A stretch of DNA of 61,873 nt, filler included, from Sphacelaria rigidula (taxonomy: Eukaryota), in the NCBI GenBank assembly GCA_964200075.2. It is 4 parts of 4 records of this genome, joined end to end, with 100 filler letters (N's around TTAATTAATTAA, not from the genome) between each part and the next. Parts side by side here need not be neighbours in the genome. Positions count along the whole stretch, not along the records: positions 30,995 to 46,385 come from CAXNAA020001770.1; 3 more parts are not named here. The stretch is one strand, 5' to 3'. Below the pieces are notes generated by a model. The model did no database searches, was not told where the DNA came from, and worked only from the letters and a program-made list of their open reading frames with translations. The position numbers were made by a program, and so were the translations under genes. Below, one piece after another: positions 32,651 through 45,114 of this stretch (position 1 is its first letter; each line of letters opens with the position of its first letter).

Positions 32651-34579
32651 GGCTACTTCGCGTTCGTCTGGTTTCCCAGCTGCTCGTCAGTGTTGGTCTA
32701 TCGGACGCGTTCGCTTTGACATGTGTCGACGGATGGGGTGGTGATCGTCGGGTCCTTGGATACCCTTCCTGTACTCGAAAACCATATGATTAAATTTCGT
32801 ACAAAAAAATGAAGACTTTTCCGAACCATAATCAAGTACTGCAATGCACATCCCAGACGGACCTAGGTAGTCTGAACACCACATTCGCGAAATGTTTGCC
32901 TCTGTAAAATTACTCGGTTATGGTATGGGACAGGTCCTATTACCGGTATGTTATCACCTCGGCAGGCTTTTCCAGTATAAACGGGGGGAAAAAAACTGCC
33001 CACTTTGTGTCGCTGGCCATTTGATCACTCTATCCTCTGCTGTTGAAATTGATGTAGCACCACTGCAAAATAAACAAAGGTCCCATGAACAAACAGTCAT
33101 GTAGATGCATTCCGGGGATGAAATCGTTCAGGCTCAGGGAGGGGTGTTCATGACCGGTTTGATGCGTGGCGTACGAAGGGTAATGCCCCTGGAGACGGGA
33201 GAATTACTACCAGATTCATTTATTTTTCCGTGACACTTTCAACCCCTCCGTTTTCTCGGGACGAGCCCGTTTTCATGTCAAATGGTCTAATGGTCTCAAG
33301 ATATCAATTACCCCATCCCTCATCCGGTACAAGCCTTGCATTCTGGTCTCGTGGATTGGATCATGACCATCAGCACTCCTGCACCGCGTAAACTCTCGCC
33401 AAACAACTCTTCTTTTATTACAACTGTGATGGCCTATCCTATTGATTCATGATACTGTACCCCCTCCCCACCTTTCATACCTCCGGGAAGAAACCGATTC
33501 ATCTCCCGTCCAGATACACTCTGGGCGTGTTATCTACCGTTTGTTGGCATGCGACGTACGAATGGCTACGCCCGTGGGGACGGGAGAAGGATTACTAGAA
33601 CGCCTACAGTGTGGCCACATTGCTGCACTGCTGATGAAATTTCGCTTGGACAGATTGGTGATTACTTTCCACTTTCCACCACATTATGTGGTGCATGGAT
33701 CGGAAATGCTCAATACCCGTCGGTCGTAGCTGCTGAAACCTCCGACTAGCGTGCATCGACTAAAGTGACGCGATCGTCACAAACATTAGATCTATACCCT
33801 CACTGGAAAAATATCGTGAAATTCTGCCGTTCACGTCGGGAATTTTGATCACCTAGGTGCAATATGTCGAATTTGACATGTCAAGTGAACAAATAATCCT
33901 TCTCTACCGGAAGGACGGTGATGTTCGGAAGTCCCGGATCGGGTTCGGAGTCTCGACTAAATTTCCAGTCGGAATATATTTTTGTTTTTTACTTCAAGTG
34001 AGATTTCTAGGTGCGCGGTTTTGATCTACATGATCACAGACATGTTAACGCACTGCCTGTAAGTTCTTTAGAATGCAGATGGCCGAGGTGGGAGACATCA
34101 ACCCAATCTACGGGAGATACCACCCCCGAAGATGGTAATTTTACTCCTCCCTCCCCTGCCCCACCATGCAATCCTTTCTCCCGTTGAACCGGCTCAGTAA
34201 TTTGCACATTCGTTCATGTGTTTTGTATTCATTGTTGGACTCATGACTTTGGGATGTATCATTCCCTTAAACTTGAAAATTGCCCTAACCCTGGAGCCAG
34301 CTCGCTGATGGGTTCTAATCCGCCGAGCTACTGTATCTCAAACCATCAATGAATACACACAATACTACTCAGCGTTAAAGAACTTCGGTACAACGAAAAC
34401 AAGCTGAGATTAGCGTTGGTACCTGATGAGCATCCCTAGCGAACAGACACACAGCAGAACTTGATACACAGTCAACAGGAGGAAACATAGGGAGTTTTTT
34501 CTCATTATTTCATTCGACATATGGATTCACAACTGACGTTAAGACCTACTATACATGGTTCCTCTACAGTACTTCAAAC

Positions 34580-37500
34580 CTATAGTGCAAGAGCAAGCCG
34601 CTCCATGAGTCCATAGCTGCCACCATTTCCTCCACCTTGGGACCTGAGCCTAGCTCTCCCAGAGGCCCTTCGTTCCCCTTCCCTTTACCAACAGCTCCGG
34701 TCACGCCCGTATGCAATTCCCACTGTCCCATCGTAATGACGTTTGCAGGGGACGGTGCGAATGTGAGAGGCAAGCCAAACATTGGACGAGAGTATTTTGG
34801 TCGCGAACAAATTCTCCACGAGGATGGAATGCGCACACTATGCAACCGTATCATGTAAAAGAACAAAGACAGTCTGATGAAAGTATGTACTCCATGGAAG
34901 TAAAACGGCATATGTATCGACTAAAAACGCCGACGACGTCGTACACAACAGCAAGTAATATCCGATAGTAATGCAGGAGTGCACGGTATAACGATCATAA
35001 ACTTGACCTCGCCATCCGTACACAATTGACATTTAGTTTGTAGTTGTTGTGGCGAATAACGCGAGACCACACGTCCAGCACAACAGCAAAACAAATCTCG
35101 CCTGTCTGACGGTAGTCCGCCATGACCCCTCAGCAGACAACCCCACGAAAGCGCGCCCTCTGTCACCAGGTTCCCCATCAAGCAAAAGCAGCCACAAGCA
35201 GGTGCGAGTGAGCGAAGGAAACAGCATCAAACGATAAGTAAGCAAGAGCTACTCGTATACAGCGCAGTAGACTCGCTGAGATAAAAAAGAGCTTCAGTAT
35301 CCACGGTACATGCTGCCTCGAAGATAGAAACACACTGCAGCGCAGTCACACACACACGCTGCAACGGCCACCTCTATCGTGTTCCGTACGTAGGTATCGA
35401 CAGTTGCAACAGGATACTGTACCTCACTTTGCTACCCCCAAGTAAGCAGCGCGCAGAGAAACAAAGGAACGGAAGAACGTCAGCCACCTGACATCCTACA
35501 CCCTGTCCACTTTTCCTTGAGCAAGTCACCACGGGTAAATCAGGCAAAAACCGTGCGTCTCCTGCCATACCTCACCCGCCCATCTCGGTACGTGTCCACA
35601 GATCCCCCTTCTTACTTCACAGACAGGGCGGGGGACCCCGATCCCCCTGGATTGTCGAGGATCACGGGGAGCTATCTGACATCCTACACCTCATCCCAAA
35701 TTTCCTTGGACACGTCACCACCGGTATACCATTGTACACAAGAACCGCGCGTCCTGTCATCACTTACCCGCCCATTTCGACACGCGTCCACAGATCCAAA
35801 TTGACAGACAGGGCCGGGGACCCCGATCCCCCCGGATTGTTGAGAAACACGGAGAGGGTAGACTCTGTCTTCGAATCTCTTGTCTCTCCGCGTCGCCCTC
35901 GCCTTCCCAATGTCCTGGGCGTGTAGTTCACCATCAGATAATGTACTTGGTTCAGGTGAAGCTGGTGAGTGGGAGGCAGGGCTGTTCGTCCCAGGATGCG
36001 GACTCTTTCCCCCCTACTCGGGAATTTTGATGATAAAAGGTCTTCTGTGGCTGCCTCAGTTTGAGGCATGGGTGAATTTACGTCATCTTCGGGTTCCGCT
36101 GGGTTTGAGTCAGCTTCATTCACCGGTCGATTTAGCGGATCAACGCTGAGTTTCGTCGGCTTGAAATCAGCTTCCTTTACTGGCAGATGTAGCAGAGGCG
36201 CTCGATGCGGATTCCACCTGTAAGTTGGGGTATATATATACGCATGCGCACGTGGGTGTTTGTGGGCGTGAGTATTCGCCGTGCCGTGACTCCACGGCGG
36301 TATTCATCGTAGGCCGGACACCATTGTCGTGGATCGCAGCCATTTCTCGTCCTGTACTATACTATGTTATGGTGTGAAATGGCAAGTGGATGGTATGAGC
36401 CAATGGAGCCCCAGTTGAGCCGAGACAGGCCTTCAAAACTGCTGCACAGCCAAAAATATCTCCGTCCGAGTACTATGCACGCTAGTGCGATCAGTTCCAG
36501 CATTCAAGGGTCTTCAAATCACATCTTCAGGAGCACAACAGATATGTAACCTTTGCTCCGAGAGTTGCTTATTTTGTGGATGGTTTTGGTATCGCAACAA
36601 CACTCCTCACACTGCTGAATGGAAAGTCGCATCTCACACCTCCATTACTCGTCAGACGCACTCGAGAGTTTCTTTGCGCTGATCAAAACTACCATGCCTA
36701 AATTTTTTCACCACTTCATCTAGTAACGGCCAACCCAATCAAACGTATTGCACAGATCAAGGCTTCCGCCGCGAACAAAGCACACAAACGGTTAGCCTGT
36801 CACAGTTTCACATTCGAAAACATTGAGCGAGTAGCCAGGCGAGCCTACGTTATGGACGCACCTGAGGGAGATCTCCCCACCCCCCGTTCCATCGAGATGA
36901 AGACAAACCGAAAGCCCGTTCGACACTGCTTCCGCAGCCCCTCCTCTGCTTTCATCTCCTGCTAAAGCCGCGCGGTGATTGTGCACGATGAAGCCTATGC
37001 ACCCTGAGGTCTCCCCGTCCTCTCCCGGTCGTCCTTGATCTCGCCCTTGATCTACTCCGGCCACGTCTTGGGTGGGGGTTGACAGGCGGCTTGCTGAGGG
37101 AACCCTAGGCTGAGAGCGGTCGCACCGGAACGCGATCGTTGTGCTGAAGCCCCTGGCTACTTCCCGACCAGACGTGTACCAGAGAGAGCCAGAGCTGAGG
37201 GCTGGCCCGGACAAGGCTGTTGAACAAGACGTCTTACTTCGCGAGATTCCGCCCCCCTTGCTATCCCCGGGGCACAGACATACCGTGTTGTTCGTGGAGA
37301 CGGCTTTCCCTGTCAGGCAGAAGCCCTGTCGCTGTTACAGAAGCAAGCGGGGGCAACGAGGGGGATAACCTGTCATTCTCCAAACCTCTGCTACAAGATA
37401 CCCGCATGGCTTTGGTGGCTTTTTGATTCGTACTTTCATGACTAATGATGAAGCGAGAAGAGTGCGCGATTCCATGTCGGAACAAAATCAACACAGCCGC

Positions 37501-40500
37501 CCTTGCTAGGCTGTGGCGTAATCGCTACAAGGGGTGAGAAAACGCGGCACTACTACAGTAAAGTACATATGTGGTATGTTGGTACAACAACTGAAGGCTT
37601 CGTGTTGCATACTGTGGACTTGCCAAATCCGAAAAGAACAACGCTGCATTGGCCTGAAGCAGAAGCTTACCGCTAGGTCGTGGAAGGTCGTGTACGTGAA
37701 TCCCGGTGGATCAAGATCTAGCCTTGCGATGTCCATCGTAGCCGGAGCAGAGGGGCCCTCGTCCATTTCTTTGTCTCGGCCGAACATGGAGGAGCCCGAG
37801 CGGGAATGTGGATGGGAATTTTCTTCAGTGTCTTGGTCCTCCACGGCGGCAGCCAACCAAGTGTTCAGGTCCAATACGGCCCTGTTTTGGCAACCAAGCT
37901 ACGTGCTTCAGAAGAGGCACGTGAAGCACAATGGCGCTTCGGCAAGATGATCTTGGACCATTAACAGATGCAAAGGAGCCCAACTGTTTACTCCGGTGCA
38001 AGTGACGACTGAAAACGCTCGATAATATGTCCTACTCTACAAAATTGGATCCTAGACGAGCTGTAACGAAAGGGTGCCAAGATGATGGTACAGCACGCGT
38101 TGCAGCATCGACAATGTCACGCACCTGTCCGCTGCCGTGGAGTACATGGCCTCTCTCGCCTTGTCGAAGAAAGAATGAAACAGCGCGCCGTGACCCATGA
38201 GGAACAAGCCCTTCAGGTTCGCCAAGTGCCGCTCAAGACCGGAGATGTTCATCAACAAGCGGTACAATCGACGGTCTATCAAGGAGTGCGCCTGACGAAT
38301 CGAAGCAGTGGAAGCACGGTAAGGCGTGTCGCACGAATCGAGGTAGGGAGCTCGTCGCAGACGATAGCGCGACAGATCAAATCCATGTAGTGTTGTAAAC
38401 ATTGTCGTTGACGTCACGTAGATGTAAAACATTTCCAACACCATGCGCCGGTAATATAAATGCACCCAAATGAAACCCCGCTCGACCCCGACGGACACAA
38501 AGCCAATAAAACCAACACCTCTTTTGGCACCACAACAGCACGACAACACTCTGCGACGCACATATCGTGTATTTTGTACCACGGTACGTCAACGCGCCAC
38601 CAACATCAACACTCAAGCGGGTAGCGAAATTCTGCAATTCATGCCTACACCCTGTTTATTCTCGGCTAAACCTGCAATATATTTTTTCGTTGTGCTTCCG
38701 CACGAACCTGATGCACCGCCCTCTCCAGCGACAGCAGATGAAACGTCTCCCTTGAGCGTAACTCCGTCCATCGCCGTGTCAGCTCCAGCACCTCCGCCTC
38801 GCTGACTCCGACATTTGTCTCCGCTTCACATCCCCCTTCGACACGGGGGGAGCTCATCAAACCGAATCTTCCACTCTCCGACGAGGGTTCAGCAGCCGGT
38901 GAAAAACCCTATGATCACAGCAGTTGGAGCGCGTCACGTACCAAATAGATATAGTTCGGGCCTTGTCTGGACCGTGCTACCATTTCTTCCTTCGAAAAAT
39001 ACGGCGGACCAATCATCTTCATGGCTTCATTGCTATGCCTATCCTTCGATTCAGTCGTGCCAAGAGGCCCAGGGACTGGTACGCACATTCGAATTTTCTA
39101 CACGTGGTGACATATTGCGGGGCGAGCCTCGCTGCCCGGACTTTCCCTTCACACCATGGCAGGGCAAGCATCAGCTACACGAAATCTAGGCTGTGAGTAC
39201 GCGGTTATCGGCGGAGTATGAGTCGGAGGGGGTGAAGGTTACTGCCTAGGGGAGACGATGAAGACAATAAAGTTGAAGTTTGAGTAACGGACCTTGGTGT
39301 GACCGGATGGCCATCCCTCGGAACGTCCGTGCGCTGGTCGATCACACGGCTTCGCTTGTCGTAGCACGCGTACCACTTTCCCCACGAAAAGCATCTTCAA
39401 GGCCAAGCTGCTCTCGCGATAAGATCACGGAACGGTAAAAGGTAGACAGTAGGGCAGCAAAATACAAGTGGGGTGGAGGGAACGATCAACCGTCAGGGAG
39501 AAGTCAACATACCCTGTAGTGACCAACAGGACGAAACCACTCCAACCCTACCAATAGTCCCCGAGCAAAAACGAATACCGGCTGTTTGCACAATGAGCGG
39601 TGAAGAGTTCGAGGCGAGGTGAACTCGAGGAACAAACATGTGGCCACAAATTAAACATATCAATCACTTGTCATCCTATCTCACCCATGGGGTACAAATG
39701 TGCTGGGAACCATGGCCAGACGGAGCGTGTACGTAGAGTTCCATTCCTCCTCAGCCCTCCAGCTGACATTTGCTGACTCCACAACACCCGCTCCAGCACT
39801 CTCCCCGCCCATACCATGGCGCATCGTGGATGTGATGCTGAATGCGTCGGCGTCGTCGATCAGGCCTGATCCTGATGTTGACATCTCCGACCTAGATGCT
39901 GCACTCCCACCTGCTGAGGCTTTGATGAACAGTCACCGGCAGGTGGAATTCCCCGGCGATTGAAATGTTGACATGCAACAAATGGAAATTACGGGAGAGG
40001 TGAGACATGATGTTCGCCTATCATGTCATGCCTACACTCACATCAAATAGTCCCGAAAATGATGGATACGCGAGTGCGCCACGTGTGTTCTGCGTGTAGA
40101 AGGGGCCATTGAAGACATTGCGAGCAGCCAAGGCATTGATAGTGCCAAATGCCAAATAATACTGTCCACCACATGCTATCGCAATCCATCGGGTATGCCA
40201 AAGATCCAACACAACCTGAACGTGATTAGTCAGTGTCCCCAGCACCAGCATGTAGTTCACGCGTCGACTTGGCTAGCTCGGTGCCGTATCTCACCAATAG
40301 GGTCCTTGTTCTTCTGGATGAAGAATTCCTGATAGGGGTCGACCAACAACCCGTGCAAAAGCCAGGAGATGCACTGGTTGATGAGCACCTGGCTGCAGTG
40401 CCACAGAATACGACAGAGTCTTCGCCTCACCTGCACAGGAATGCACAGCAAGTATATCACACCGAGGATTTCTCACCATGTGTGCAGATCGCAGAGCATC

Positions 40501-41303
40501 AGCGGGCGTCGAGTATACACTTCATTTTTTTCTTCTTATTTTCAAATTTTCCCGTTCTTGGGGACAAGTCCGTGGTCTCGAAGGGTTGGCTCCTCTCCCC
40601 ACAGGTACACGGGTACACGGGTATACGCCTTACGTTCTGGTATCGTGGATTGGATCATGACTATCAGTACTCCCGCACCGCGTCGACTGTCGTCCAACAA
40701 ACGTGGTCAAACAGACACAGCCTATTTTTTGTTACTCACGTCCTCACGTCCTCACGTGTTCCACGACGGTTACCACGGTTACCACGGTTACCACGCTTAT
40801 CACGCTTATCAGATGCTATACTCATACTTGCAAGAAAAAAGTCAAAGTAGACGCATCTGTGAGGAATCAAACCCGCGTTTTTTTCTCACCTAATGGCGTC
40901 AATTTTAGCATTAGACCAACGGGGTGCGGCTGTGTTTTGGATCGTGGATCGTGACAGTCCGACAGAACATCTTCTACAAAAGTATTCTTCCCAGGCTAAG
41001 CGGCGATCTAGTCGTTCGCCTAGCGGTACGATCCATCACCAGCTTATGCGTACTGTATGTAGTGTAGTAACACCTACACGGGGACTTGTGCGACTAAAAT
41101 ATGATGTTGCGAACCCGGCGAACGAAACGCAGGGCGGCAGAGGTGAGGGCCTGTGCGACAGACCTTGCCCTCACCAGCCCCACGGAAGCGACGTTGCGAG
41201 AAAAACGGATCTACTCCACGCAAATTCTCGATGTTGGGGGTTCGCTTACATCTGGCGTTCCATACTGACTCCGGTCGAACAGCAGCTGCAGCACCTGCGC
41301 GCC
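34580..41303 (-). CDS. GCP4: Gamma-tubulin complex component 4 (Spc97/Spc98 family), partial, with inserted L-type lectin-like domain
   Basis: Exons 41250-41303, 40295-40430, 39685-39919, ~39293-39407, 38708-~38835, 38125-38291, 37671-37881, 36862-37325, 35768-36217, 35102-35159, 34580-34722. GCP4-type motifs GAQVLQLL..GTPDV, QCISWLLHGLLVDPYQEFFIQ, MVPSTFVP..LALKMLFVGKVV, HLANLKGLFLMGHGALFHSF, DSWSGLLLHY. The N- and C-terminal exons were not identified. Confidence 0.88.
35485..35845. repeat. ~190-bp diverged tandem duplication spanning a GCP4 exon end and its donor site
   Basis: ACAGACAGGGC.GGGGACCCCGATCCCCC.GGATTGT and CTGACATCCTACACC each occur twice, about 187 bp apart. Confidence 0.85.
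40570..40930 (-). mobile_element. tRNA-derived SINE-like element; body fragment also at 33340-33415
   Basis: Minus-strand head CCCCGTTGGTCTAATG...GGGTTTGATTCC (degenerate A and B boxes). Body motif CGTGGATTGGATCATGAC.ATCAG.ACTCC.GCACCGCGT is shared with 33350. Confidence 0.6.
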
Positions 41304-44049
41304 CTTCAAGGGTGGTGAGTTGTCGTCCCCCATCACACAGGCACACGTCTCCGCCACCGCTGGCAAAACCGTTTGATACTGTTTGTGTTCGAGCGCCAGG
41401 AATTGGAGCAAGCCGATCGGGGAGTGGGAATTGGAGGGGAGGTGCGGGCATCGTCCTGATGGTTATTTGCCAGAAACATGTCCCAAACTGTCGGTAGAAA
41501 CAGAACACATTTGCCACGCACGCACGATATCGTGACTCTATATACCGTTCTCACACTAGACGGCGACTTGAGCCATGCTCACTTTTTGTGCCGTTGCGAT
41601 TACCGCATATCCGACACAACGAGACACAGGAAGGGCACATGGTACACAATTATCCATGCTAAATTGTACATTTATCGAGGAAATCGTAGCTTGGACAACG
41701 CAGCAGAAACGTGGTACGTTGAGGAGGGGTCGCGGTCAGGTGACATCGAATAACACCAATGTTGAGGGTACCCACGTATTGAACTTCGTATGTCAGCGTA
41801 TAGTCACATGTCAATTGTGTGCAAGATCAACTTACCACTTCCGGCGCGCAACGCCACAAGTCGCCGATTATTTCGCCATAACGCCTGATATAAAAATATC
41901 GGGGAGAAATGCATGCATGCACCAAACATGGTAGACAGTTATCCCGTGATATTTTAGTGCTGCGGCTGCTTGAGTTGTTCCACGCTTGTTGGTCGTGGGT
42001 GCCGCGGTGGGAGAAGAATAGCGCGTTGTGTAAATGCACCATTGAGCACCTGTACAGCCGCGTTGTAGGCAATGGTTTCGCCTTTCTCAGTGTAGTGTTA
42101 CCACATCTCAGTACGTGTTGGGAGTATTGTACATGCTTGCAGTGTTGCGACGTCTTTCTTCATTTCCCGGCGCTGTCAAACAATCGCATCAGCGGAGGGA
42201 GGAGCGATCAGGCTCGCCAGTTAACCGAAACTGGGCTTTCTTGGTCATACATGAAAAGCGTGCCGAGTCAAGAACATGCCCCATACCACAACAAGCACGT
42301 GATTTTACAGAGGCAAACAACACCCAGATGTGGTGTTGAGACGATCTGGGTCCCCCCTGGTATATTTCACTTGGTTATAGTTAGGAAAAATCTCCCTTCT
42401 ATCGTGCGAGCATTCATCATCTGGTTCAAAGCAGAGGACACTATGTGAGATCCCCCCAACACCACCCCCCTCCGTAGACACAACGAAAATCTTATCCGTC
42501 CAACTTACCAACACCAACAAGCAGCTGGGAGATCAGATGAACGGAGATTATGCGAAGGCTGCAATACGCAGTAACGGCAGAGGCTGCCACTCCTACTTAC
42601 CCCTCCAGCCACGGCTGGAAGCAGCGTCATCATCATGATATCATGATCAGGGGCACAAGCCTCCAGCAACTGTTGCACGCAACCTGGTGCGAACATCGGA
42701 TTCCGTTTGCACATACTTCCGCCTAAATACTGTAGTGCACCGCACTGCACTGTACGCTGATGGCTGGTAATCAGTCCCCAAGACACGTCCTGGCTGCACT
42801 GACTTCGAGGTAGGAGTCACGTCTGCCGTTCGATACGGGGAAGCATATTGCTCTTTACTATGCGGTGCGGCCCGGTGCTGCGCTTTGCTGCGCTGTGCTG
42901 CGCTACGCTGTGCTCCACCACCACTGAATTGCACCATTGCAGGAATGACTGTGACAGATGGGGTACGCATGGACAGCACTTATTATAGACTCTTCAGCGT
43001 GCTTGGTTGATTTCGATTATGTACATCATTCTCTACACTAACGACTGGCTAGCAAAACACGGATGTGGTCGTTCGTGAGGATGGGGCCCAAAAGGGTTCA
43101 GACGAAAAAATCAAACAACGACAGGGAGGGAAGAGAGAGTGAGAGAGCGCGAAGCGCAGTATGACCAAGAACAGATGGAAGCAAAGAGCAAAGCAGGACA
43201 TGCACAGGAACACAGCTAGGAAACCTCGCTAAGGTTTCAAGCCAAGGAAAGAAGTCCACAAGCTATAGGACACGATAGAGGTACATTAGTTTCCGTACTA
43301 CCCTCGCCTCCCCCGCTCATCCCTAGTCCCGGGCAAAGCCGCCACTCTCTCAGCTGTATTCATCTTGGATTCCTCGCGGAATATTGCTACTTTTTTTTAT
43401 ATGCCCACGGTGCGGCTCTTCTTTTGACGGCTCTCAGCGCAACAGCCTCTTGCCTGCAACGTGAGGTTGGATTTGTGGATATCTTCTCATCGCCACGCCT
43501 CCCCGAAGTCCGTGCCTTTTTCGATCCACTGGTCCCTTTTGCCTACGTTCTTCGCGACAGTGACCCAATCTTCTGAGTCTTTGACTCCCATACTGTGGAC
43601 GAACGACTTCCTTCGTTGTTACTTGCGTGGGACAGCCCCTCGCGCTGTTTCTCCTGGAGGCAGTCCTCTCAGATTTTGCAAGGGCTGCCTTGTGCGGCCA
43701 ACCATCCAAACATGATGCACTTTGGATAATATGCTGCGTCGTGCCCGACAGAGGCACCCGCGAACCAGAGTTGACGCTGCGCCTCGAGGACTTTGAAAGC
43801 CTGCGCATTGCTCACCACAAGCTTTCCCCTCGTACATACAAACACCATAGCTTCCACCACCTCCGCTCCGAGCAGGGAGCTGGGCATTGGGCCCATCGTA
43901 TGGTCGGTAAACACACCTTCGGAGACGTGCCCACGCAGCGCTACTGCGGCGCTTGATTTAGATCGCAATCAATAGTCGCAACCGCGCTAACATTAGTCAA
44001 TGTAAACCAACTCGGCCGTTTATTTATGCCGCTGGCCTGCCGCCTTGAA

Positions 44050-44890
44050 GTGCAGTGCGGTCTCTGGGTAGCTGGGTAATGACCACAGGCTCATGGACTC
44101 TGCCTTTCTCTCCAACACCGTTCACTATACCTCCTGACGGGCCACCAGAATCACAGTTATCATTCTGGTAAGCCCGTCTTGCGACCCCGGCGCTATGCCT
44201 GCGTCATCAGCGTACACAACCTCCTAAGCCACGCGTTGCACCCTCTTCAACGTCATCTCTCTGTGGGGGTCACCATGCTCACCTCTCGGCCCACCATCTG
44301 GATATACGAAGTCTGAGAAAATGGCCAGGTCTACCAGGAAATGCTGCAAGGTCACGTCGATCAATGCTGCGCCAATTATGTTGAGCAGTACCGGAGACGG
44401 TACGCATTCTTGCCCGAGTCCCTAGCAAACTTAGAACCATCATCCAGCCGTACTCGCTCGCATGTAATCGTGGAACACACATATGACCTTGATCATCCGC
44501 GCCGTGACCCCGAAACGGGCAAATACGGCGTACTGCGAACATTATGTAAGTGGTCGATCGTTGGCGCCAGAACCCACACTGTTTTACCGGGAATATCCCT
44601 GCCTCCTCCCAAAAACGACCGAACGCGCTGGCTACGACTTTGAGGAGAACTTCCCGGGCATATGCCACGAGGGATCTCCTATAGTTACCACACTCGGTCC
44701 CGTTGTCCCTGTGGAGCATTTTGATAGTGTCATCCTTCCACTCCTGCGGGACCTCGCTAGGAGTCAAAGTAGCAACGATGATACCGTGGAAACGGCGCGG
44801 AATCTCCAAAGGCTCCCAACCAATCCACACTTGAGTTCAGCGGGTAGCCCATCAGGTCCAACGACTTACACTTTGTCGTAAGCCATAACT
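44050..44890 (-). mobile_element. Degenerate RTE-like LINE reverse transcriptase fragment
   Basis: GPDGLPAEL, VPQEWKD, CGNYR, QCGFWRQRSTT..MFAVRR, and YADDA near 44200-44215; many indels. Confidence 0.85.
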
Positions 44891-45114
44891 CGCGATGTAA
44901 GCGACACTATGTAGCCAGTTTGATTTTTGGATCAGCACTGCGTTAGGTTAAAAAACTGAGGTTCAAAATGTGACCTTTTTCCCCTCTATGCTTGATTTAG
45001 GTGACAACAACATATTGGGACGTTTCGGGGGGGGTCAGGAAACACACACACACACAACTGTGGAAAATTGGGGTGAGGTGCACGCAGTGGAAAGGTGGCC
45101 TTCCACACTGAAGA

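Noticed and set aside
43430-43960. Coding-like + strand stretch (GQPLALFLLEAVLSDFARAAL...)
   Set aside because: Could be an upstream exon of the ELGQP paralogue or a relic, but I could not establish splice sites or a family.
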